From a virus, in the IMG/VR virus record IMGVR_UViG_3300042516_004698, positions 1-64,000 of that record: DNA of 64,000 bases. The stretch is one strand, 5' to 3'. The notes under the pieces are model-generated. The model had not been told where the DNA came from and made no database searches. It saw only the letters and a program-made list of their open reading frames with translations. Position numbers and translations under genes: made by a program. How positions within the stretch are numbered: position 1 is the first letter of the stretch; each line of letters starts with the position of its first letter. Shown in pieces: positions 57,951-64,000 of the stretch.

Positions 57951-58560
57951 ATTACCGGCAGATAACGATATCGCCGCGTTAGATGACGCGCTCGGTGATA
58001 ATTTTGCCAACCAGCCTATGCCTATCATGGTGGGCGAGCTGTCGGCCTCGCGGCGTATTAAACTGACGTGGTCCGTTAGCCGTTATTACTACAACGGCAC
58101 CGACGGGCTTCGCGTGCGTATTGAGACGTCAGACGCGGTAGATATGCCCAACAAGATATTTGCGTACTTGCTGATGCCGCTGCAGCCGGGCGCCACAGAA
58201 CGCACAGGTGAGTTTAACCATGTATGCTCACCAAGCGATCTGGAAGAGTTCCCAGAAGACGAGCCGTTACCAGCTAAAAGGCCGGAGTGGTTTCGGCTGG
58301 CTTACGTAGACGTCGTACTGCGCTCACGCACAGAGGTGTACGCGTTTATTCGCGACACGGCGTCGGACGTCCACCAGCTCAAGCAATCACTCGACATAAC
58401 CGACCGTGTTTACCCAGCTGGCGAGCTTTGGATCGGGCCAAGACCGGCAGAAAGCAGCTCGTCTAGCTCGAGCAGCTCCAGCTCTTCGGGGCCTAGCAGT
58501 TCAAGCAGCTCAAGCTCTTCACGGTCTAGCAGTTCAAGCAGCTCTAGCGCACAGGTGTAA
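57937..58560 (+). CDS. hypothetical protein with C-terminal Ser tract
   Basis: Overlaps the upstream stop; Ser tail suggests a virion location. Confidence 0.7.
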   Translation: MDCNKLPADNDIAALDDALGDNFANQPMPIMVGELSASRRIKLTWSVSRYYYNGTDGLRVRIETSDAVDMPNKIFAYLLMPLQPGATERTGEFNHVCSPSDLEEFPEDEPLPAKRPEWFRLAYVDVVLRSRTEVYAFIRDTASDVHQLKQSLDITDRVYPAGELWIGPRPAESSSSSSSSSSSSGPSSSSSSSSSRSSSSSSSSAQV

Positions 58561-58561
58561 T

Positions 58562-58867
58562 ATGCACGAAATAGTCGTTATTGAAGACAGCACGATTGCT
58601 AGCATGGTACGCGACCCTAGATTTACCGCAGCAATTCCTTGCCTGCAAAATCAGCAAGCAATTGTACAGCCGCAGTCTGGAGGCGGTTGTGGCACATGCG
58701 CGCGTAAACGCGAAGCCGCTCAACGGGCAGCGCTCGCGAATATCAAGATGTGCCTGTCAGGGCTCAGCCAAGACAAGAAGAACGAGTTAAAGCAGTTGCT
58801 CGACGCCAAACAGGTGAAAGTCGTTTTCGCCACTGTTTCTGGCCAGATCGCGACCACTACGTTCTGA
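58562..58867 (+). CDS. small CxxC protein
   Basis: ATG 58562 right after the upstream stop; GCGTCARKR. Confidence 0.65.
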   Translation: MHEIVVIEDSTIASMVRDPRFTAAIPCLQNQQAIVQPQSGGGCGTCARKREAAQRAALANIKMCLSGLSQDKKNELKQLLDAKQVKVVFATVSGQIATTTF

Positions 58868-58904
58868 GCTAAATTTTCCGCAAAATCGCGGCATATTAAG
58901 TAGT
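58868..58904 (+). promoter_or_regulatory. putative phage promoter, copy 2
   Basis: GCTAAA-N14-GCGGCATATTAAGTAGT at the structural / non-structural boundary. Confidence 0.65.
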
Positions 58905-58944
58905 CCGTCTATTGTTATTGACGCTGCTTAGCCACGGAGGAGAT

Positions 58945-59169
58945 ATGCTCGCGCTCGAAGCTCAGACGATTCAACGGATTGACTTGATTGTCGAGAAGCA
59001 GTTGCCGGCCGCTAAACAGGCCTACCCGGAAAGCCAATTAAGGCAGTACCGGTGGATTCGCGATCGTATCCTCGAGGACGTTCCCGAGGATGAGGCCGGT
59101 CTAGTCGCCATGCAGTGCGACCACTATTTCTTTTGTCTGTGCCTGAATTCTGGTGCGGACATTGCTTGA
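58945..59169 (+). CDS. small hypothetical protein
   Basis: CACGGAGGAG SD before in-frame ATG 58945. Confidence 0.65.
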   Translation: MLALEAQTIQRIDLIVEKQLPAAKQAYPESQLRQYRWIRDRILEDVPEDEAGLVAMQCDHYFFCLCLNSGADIA

Positions 59170-59189
59170 TTCACGCTAAGTGTCTAGGT

Positions 59190-59242
59190 TTGTACCGCGA
59201 CATTTGCACTTCTTTTATGATTTGCAAATTGTCGCGGTACAA
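59190..59242. repeat. long intergenic inverted repeat
   Basis: TTGTACCGCGACATTTGCA ... TGCAAATTGTCGCGGTACAA, 19 bp with one bulge. Confidence 0.8.
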
Positions 59243-59290
59243 CAGACCCAGTCGTACCTATCAGGATTTTTCTTAGCTATTGGGAAGATT

Positions 59291-59764
59291 ATGGCCAAAA
59301 AGCACACGATTGAAAAACAGTCCCGACCAAGGCCGGCGTACGTCATGCCGGCGCCAAATGACGACATCGCTGCGTACGGCTGGGATCTCCGACAGATCCG
59401 GGAGCCAGACGCAAAAAGCGCTGACAAGAAAGACCCCGATAAGGGCAAGCCGATATTTAGCGCGCCACAGGAAACCCTGCGGACAATGGAACGCTACGGC
59501 TGCGACGCCCACTTTCTATGTCCTAAATACCTGCAGATTCTGCTCGATCACTCTGATGAGTTGCGCAAAGTAACCATGCAGGCGGCAGAGAATAAATACC
59601 GCGTCAGCGACATCGACGAGATCGAGGCGACGCTCAAGAAGATCTTTGAAGAGATTGTGCTACCAGATATCGTCAGTAACTTTAACCGGATAGCGCGCCC
59701 AATCGCGCAGTTTTATGCTGCACGATTGGCGCACATCCGGAAGTTCGGCAGCGAGCACGGCTAG
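59291..59764 (+). CDS. hypothetical protein
   Basis: In-frame ATG 59291 preferred over GTG 59180, which would translate the hairpin. Confidence 0.65.
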   Translation: MAKKHTIEKQSRPRPAYVMPAPNDDIAAYGWDLRQIREPDAKSADKKDPDKGKPIFSAPQETLRTMERYGCDAHFLCPKYLQILLDHSDELRKVTMQAAENKYRVSDIDEIEATLKKIFEEIVLPDIVSNFNRIARPIAQFYAARLAHIRKFGSEHG

Positions 59765-60036
59765 ATTGAGGCCAGCACTGTGAAGTCACGGCGGTAACCA
59801 TCTACGGGACCGCGCTTACCAAGCATGAGATCGTCATCGGTCTTACCCTCGGCGTCTACCGGGTACGGCCCGCTAGCGTTCGATACGCCCGGACGATGCA
59901 GCCCGTGTTCAGCTGCTTTCTGAATTACAGAATTTGAAGTTGCAGCCGACAGCAATTCCTCGATACTCTTACTGGCAACAACGAACTCAGCGCGACCGTT
60001 GGCAACCCGCGTTAAATCGTCAAGGATAGAAATCAT
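59761..60036 (-). CDS. hypothetical protein
   Basis: Strong SD GGAGG-TTTCC-ATG on the minus strand; MISILDDLTRVANG... Confidence 0.7.
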   Translation of the reverse strand: MISILDDLTRVANGRAEFVVASKSIEELLSAATSNSVIQKAAEHGLHRPGVSNASGPYPVDAEGKTDDDLMLGKRGPVDGYRRDFTVLASI

Positions 60037-60556
60037 GGAAACCTCCAAGGAAGAAAAACCGGTTACTTGGCGTATGGTAACCGAGACCGTAAAACTCAGC
60101 AAGTTGCAGTTACGCAATATCGTTAAATTAGCTAATCAACAATTACCCAATCCGGACGACGAAATACAGCCAGAATTGCTGATGTGCGTATTAACCGCAG
60201 ACATGCTTATGCGGTTGTCGTTTCTGTCTGCCGAGCAGCGCGAGCTTATTCTGAGCGAGTCAGCCTATGCTCGAAACGCGGGTATTTCTGAGTTCGCCCA
60301 GATAGTGTTTGCCGACGGGCAATACTGCACGTGGACCGAGAATACCGGATTTTTAAACCTCGAGACCGGGGAGACCTTAACCCAGATACCCGTCCCGCCT
60401 ATGGAGACTATTTCGTATAATCTGACTGAGCTGTATAGGCGCGGAAGACATCAAATAACAAAGCGGTATCATCATGGCAAACGACCCGATGCTCAAAGCG
60501 ATGTGGAAGAGCCCGCAGACGTTCGCGAGCGTTCTGCTGACGGTGTTTCTGGATAG
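60035..60556 (+). CDS. hypothetical protein
   Basis: AAGGA SD 8 nt before ATG 60035; METSKEEKP... Confidence 0.6.
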   Translation: METSKEEKPVTWRMVTETVKLSKLQLRNIVKLANQQLPNPDDEIQPELLMCVLTADMLMRLSFLSAEQRELILSESAYARNAGISEFAQIVFADGQYCTWTENTGFLNLETGETLTQIPVPPMETISYNLTELYRRGRHQITKRYHHGKRPDAQSDVEEPADVRERSADGVSG

Positions 60557-61151
60557 GTTCGGGGTCGAGGGGCTCCAGTGGGATCCCGCCACAATTACGC
60601 TGGAGGTCGAAGAGGAGTTTGACGTCGACCTGCCGCAGGCGTCGTTAGACAAGCTTCTCGTGGCTATTAACATCGTCACATCGGACTCGTTCTACCGCAG
60701 CCTGCCCGATTTCGTAATGTTCTGCAACGTGCTCAGTGGTGACACCTACCGGCCAGACATGTTCGACCCGGCAGATAGCTCTGAAGTGGCGTGGGGGCTT
60801 ACAGAGGGGCTGCTGCTCTCGCCGCCTGAAGACGATCAGGACGGCCCTTTCAGCGACGAGATCAGAGCCTATATCGGAGCCGTGCTGGATCAGGAAGGCA
60901 TTATCAACGCGCCGGACGTGCTTAAGATCGCCCTGCGTAAAGCCAACGTGTCCGATGCGGCAAATGAGTTCTCAGACGACCCGGACATGTTCAACGCCGT
61001 CTACGACGTTGAGGCCGGGAAAGCTGCCGAGGTGGACGATATCATTCGAGCGAAGGTACAAATGCTGCTGGGGCAATTGCAGGCGCTCCAGCTGCGAAAC
61101 GGCGCTACTGGTGCCGTAGTTAAAACGCTTGCAGCGTCTCTTTCTAGATAG
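60474..61151 (+). CDS. acidic hypothetical protein
   Basis: 225 aa ORF with gene-like codon usage. Confidence 0.7.
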   Translation: MANDPMLKAMWKSPQTFASVLLTVFLDRFGVEGLQWDPATITLEVEEEFDVDLPQASLDKLLVAINIVTSDSFYRSLPDFVMFCNVLSGDTYRPDMFDPADSSEVAWGLTEGLLLSPPEDDQDGPFSDEIRAYIGAVLDQEGIINAPDVLKIALRKANVSDAANEFSDDPDMFNAVYDVEAGKAAEVDDIIRAKVQMLLGQLQALQLRNGATGAVVKTLAASLSR

Positions 61152-61159
61152 GAAACAAC

Positions 61160-61375
61160 GTGCTTGTTTTAGCGCGAAAACGTGATGAGGTCATAATGAT
61201 CGGCGACAACATCAAGATCACAGTCGTCGAAATACTACCCCACGCCGTTAAAATCGGCATCGACGCTCCGGCCGAAACGACGATCGTACGTAAAGAGCTT
61301 ATCGCCAAGATGAAATTCGATCATCGGGCGCAACGGCCTAAAATCGGCAAAGATAACAAAGCAAATAAAGCTTAG
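61160..61375 (+). CDS. csrA: carbon storage regulator CsrA/RsmA family RNA-binding protein
   Basis: MLVLARKRDEVIMIGDNIKITVVEI...VKIGIDAP...IVRKEL; the RNA-binding Arg44 is retained. Confidence 0.93.
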   Translation: MLVLARKRDEVIMIGDNIKITVVEILPHAVKIGIDAPAETTIVRKELIAKMKFDHRAQRPKIGKDNKANKA

Positions 61376-62574
61376 TCGTCTTCCTCAGCGGCATAGTCGA
61401 ACAGGGCTTCCAGCGATAACAAGCCCTGTTCGGCTTCGGGGCCGGTAATTGGCGACCCGGCGGACTTCTCGACCATCAGGCGATCGAGCATAGCCGCCAT
61501 CCCGCGGTCCAGCGTCGGCACAATAGCCGCCAGCTTATCTCGGTCGGTATAGACACCGCCGGCAGACACGGCGTCAGCAAAGTCGTCGCCCAGCACGTCG
61601 CGGAGGTCGTCAACGGCCAGCTTTTCCAGATCGGCAAGGTCGTACACGTTGCCAGTGGTCGTCTCCACGTGGCCCGACATAAAGTCGCGAGCTGCCTTTT
61701 CGGTAATCGCAAATAATACGTCTTCGGGGCGGTCCAGCCCGCCGTTCTCATAAAGGCGCTGGAGCTTGGTATCCCGGTCGAACTGGTCAACGATGCCGGC
61801 CAGTTTCAGCCGGAACTCCTCCCGGGCGGACTCGAGCGGGCTATTTTCGACCAGATCGGCCAGTTTAGCCATTTCGGCGCTCAGGGCCGCGTGGGAGCGC
61901 TTTACGAGCTGCGCACGGCCACGAATAAGCTCAGCGGCTACTTTGACGGCGCAAAGTCCACGACCGGCAGCGGCGTCCAGACAGCCCTCAGCGGCGCTTA
62001 TATCGGCTCCGTAGGCCGTAGCCTTGTCGAGGATCTTGTTGGCGATCTTATACCGGTCGGCAAACACGAACTCGTCGCGGTACTTGTGGAAATGCGCCGA
62101 GGCAAATTTAACTTCGGTCGCGTTCCGGAGCGGCCAATGGCGTTCTACCTCGCCGGAGTCAGCCCGCCATACAATTGCAAAATCCTCGTCGGGGAGGCTA
62201 TTTAAAGACGTGGTATTTGCGGCAGCCACCTTCTCGGTCACTTCCGTTACGGCTGTCGCAATGCCAAAATACCGGGCGGCAGAGACAATCCGCTCCTCGA
62301 TGGCCTCGGCGGTTTTGGTGTCGAACTCGGCCCGCTTCTCGGCAAACCAGAGGGCGGACATCCACGTGGCCGGGGCTGTGTGGCAAGGATAAAGCTTCTT
62401 GTGCGGCTCGGCGTATAAATGCCGCGCCATTTTCTCAGGATTCCCGTGCAGGCGCTCATGGTCGGCGCTTTTAACAAAATCAGGGGCAGGGTATAAAGAG
62501 AGCAGACGGTGAGTTTCGCGGCCACTGATATCGCGGGTGTGATCCAGAGTATTCATGACGTTATTTAGCTCCAT
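61372..62574 (-). CDS. K-x-A-rich protein, predicted internal head protein
   Basis: About 14 K-x-A motifs; two similar YPCH/WPL modules; start at 62574 or 62556. Confidence 0.7.
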   Translation of the reverse strand: MELNNVMNTLDHTRDISGRETHRLLSLYPAPDFVKSADHERLHGNPEKMARHLYAEPHKKLYPCHTAPATWMSALWFAEKRAEFDTKTAEAIEERIVSAARYFGIATAVTEVTEKVAAANTTSLNSLPDEDFAIVWRADSGEVERHWPLRNATEVKFASAHFHKYRDEFVFADRYKIANKILDKATAYGADISAAEGCLDAAAGRGLCAVKVAAELIRGRAQLVKRSHAALSAEMAKLADLVENSPLESAREEFRLKLAGIVDQFDRDTKLQRLYENGGLDRPEDVLFAITEKAARDFMSGHVETTTGNVYDLADLEKLAVDDLRDVLGDDFADAVSAGGVYTDRDKLAAIVPTLDRGMAAMLDRLMVEKSAGSPITGPEAEQGLLSLEALFDYAAEEDD

Positions 62575-64000
62575 TATCGGAAGACACAGTCACGTGAGTG
62601 CCCTAATGATTATGGGCATTGCGGACGAAAATACGTCTTTTCCCGCCGTGCTGTCTTGTCCGTTTTGTGGCAAATCGACGTTGTATTGTTACGACGACAC
62701 AGCCCGAGAAGATATCTGGTTAGCCTGCGACACCTGCTCGGTTCATGGAAATATCATAACATTCGCAGCGCAGATCTGGAAGCTAAACCCGGTCCAAACG
62801 CTCGCCCGATTCGACGAAAAGGGGCTGTGCTCCCGCAAAAACGACGCTGACGAAGTTAGCCGGCTAGCCAAGACCATAGAACGTACGACGGCGGCCGAGA
62901 AGTTCTGGACGGCGGCCCGAAAACAGCTATGGGACCATGACGACGTAACCATAGCCTACAAATTGCGTGAATTAGGCGTATCCAACGAGATTCCGTGTGA
63001 AGGACTTGTCGGAGTGGCGCACCCAAAACAGGTCGACGAATTATGCGGGTCGGTGGCGAGAGCGTTTCCAACCAACTTCGCCAAGACGGCTGTTATCGTA
63101 TTTCCGTATTACGATCTGCCGCAACGACACAGCGGCTTTTTATTACTACAGCCCGGCGAAGATTTAACAACCCAGCGGGCATTTATTACGACAAGCCGGA
63201 GCGGGCGAGTTAAGACAGACGCAGGATACTATTTATTACAGACGGCTCTCCTGCCAGAAAATCCTGCGCTTAAGCATTCGTACTTTATTGTCGATGACCC
63301 GCTCTGGGCGCTCAAGGCGCAGACTACGCAACTGCGCCACGGCCATAGCCTGCTGCCCATCTGCGCCAGCTATGACGGCAAAGAAGCGTCTAGCTACAGC
63401 ATAAACCTGCTGCTGTTCCCGCACACCCGCCGGTTCTTCTCAAGCCGCGCTGTCACGCCAGCTTTGATTTCTCAAGCTGCCGCGGCGAGAGGATACGTCT
63501 GCACGCCACCAGACCGGCGCTCGCCATTGCCTGACATGCCGGCAAAAACCGTAGGCCGCCTTGCGAATATATGCCGATACGCAAAAACATGGCAGGACTC
63601 GCTTGAGCAGGTGTTTAAGACAAACAACGGACTGGCCGCCCAAGCGTTTGCCGCCGAGCTCAATATCGACCGAGATAAGCTGCAGCGCTTTCTACAAGAC
63701 CGTACGCCGCTGTCTCATGACGCAATCCAGCGCGTGCTTGAAAAAGTCGTACCGCATCACGGCGTCGACAACATCAAGTACCGCCCCAAGACCGTCATCG
63801 AGCGCGACAACAAGTGGTACACAACTACAGGCGAGCAACTCACAAACTGCACGCCAATCGTCACGAAGATCATTCATACCGACACAGAAGACAAATACTA
63901 CGAAGGCTATATACAGAAAGAAGACATCGCCTATCCGTTTTTTGAGCGCTCTACTGTAGTCGAACGTCTCGGCCTGTTGAATTACGCCACTCAGCACATG
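62555..64000 (+). CDS. primase-like protein with N-terminal zinc finger (3' truncated, missing from the ORF track)
   Basis: 482 open codons to the window end; CPFC...CDTCSVHGNII, then VIVFPYYDL...SGF as in DnaG-type primases; start could be 62606 or 62612. Confidence 0.65.
   Translation, partial: MTLFSSIIGRHSHVSALMIMGIADENTSFPAVLSCPFCGKSTLYCYDDTAREDIWLACDTCSVHGNIITFAAQIWKLNPVQTLARFDEKGLCSRKNDADEVSRLAKTIERTTAAEKFWTAARKQLWDHDDVTIAYKLRELGVSNEIPCEGLVGVAHPKQVDELCGSVARAFPTNFAKTAVIVFPYYDLPQRHSGFLLLQPGEDLTTQRAFITTSRSGRVKTDAGYYLLQTALLPENPALKHSYFIVDDPLWALKAQTTQLRHGHSLLPICASYDGKEASSYSINLLLFPHTRRFFSSRAVTPALISQAAAARGYVCTPPDRRSPLPDMPAKTVGRLANICRYAKTWQDSLEQVFKTNNGLAAQAFAAELNIDRDKLQRFLQDRTPLSHDAIQRVLEKVVPHHGVDNIKYRPKTVIERDNKWYTTTGEQLTNCTPIVTKIIHTDTEDKYYEGYIQKEDIAYPFFERSTVVERLGLLNYATQHM

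Noticed and set aside
63561-63997. Short ORFs listed near the window end on both strands
   Set aside because: They overlap the long open primase-like frame that the ORF track missed because it has no stop.

Overview
The whole window reads as part of a large contractile-tailed (myovirus-type, probably jumbo) phage genome, with dense + strand coding and no tRNA, rRNA, CRISPR, integrase or transposase visible. Gene order: a head cluster (about 0-14.7 kb) with the C-terminal half of a split RNA polymerase beta' subunit, several probable internal head proteins, prohead protease, scaffold, decoration protein and major capsid protein; neck, sheath and tube (14.8-22 kb); spike, a frameshifted tail chaperone pair and tape measure (22-30 kb); a baseplate module with a FliA/WhiG-like sigma factor inside it (30-39 kb); Cys-rich fiber/adhesin proteins with very long poly-serine tracts (39-58.9 kb); then non-structural genes including csrA and the start of a primase-like gene. 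The most notable signal is an apparent phage gene-expression system. (1) A phage CsrA occurs with hairpins matching the CsrA consensus (ACACGGAGGT, stems differing but still paired) that bury the Shine-Dalgarno of the capsid and other head genes. (2) A phage sigma factor and RNAP subunit occur with a repeated bipartite promoter, GCTAAA-N14-GCGGCATATTAA. (3) A K-x-A motif pervades head-cluster proteins and may mark maturation-protease substrates. All functional calls come from motif recognition by eye and synteny; no database search was run. The host is unknown; a Planctomycetota/PVC host is only a weak inference.
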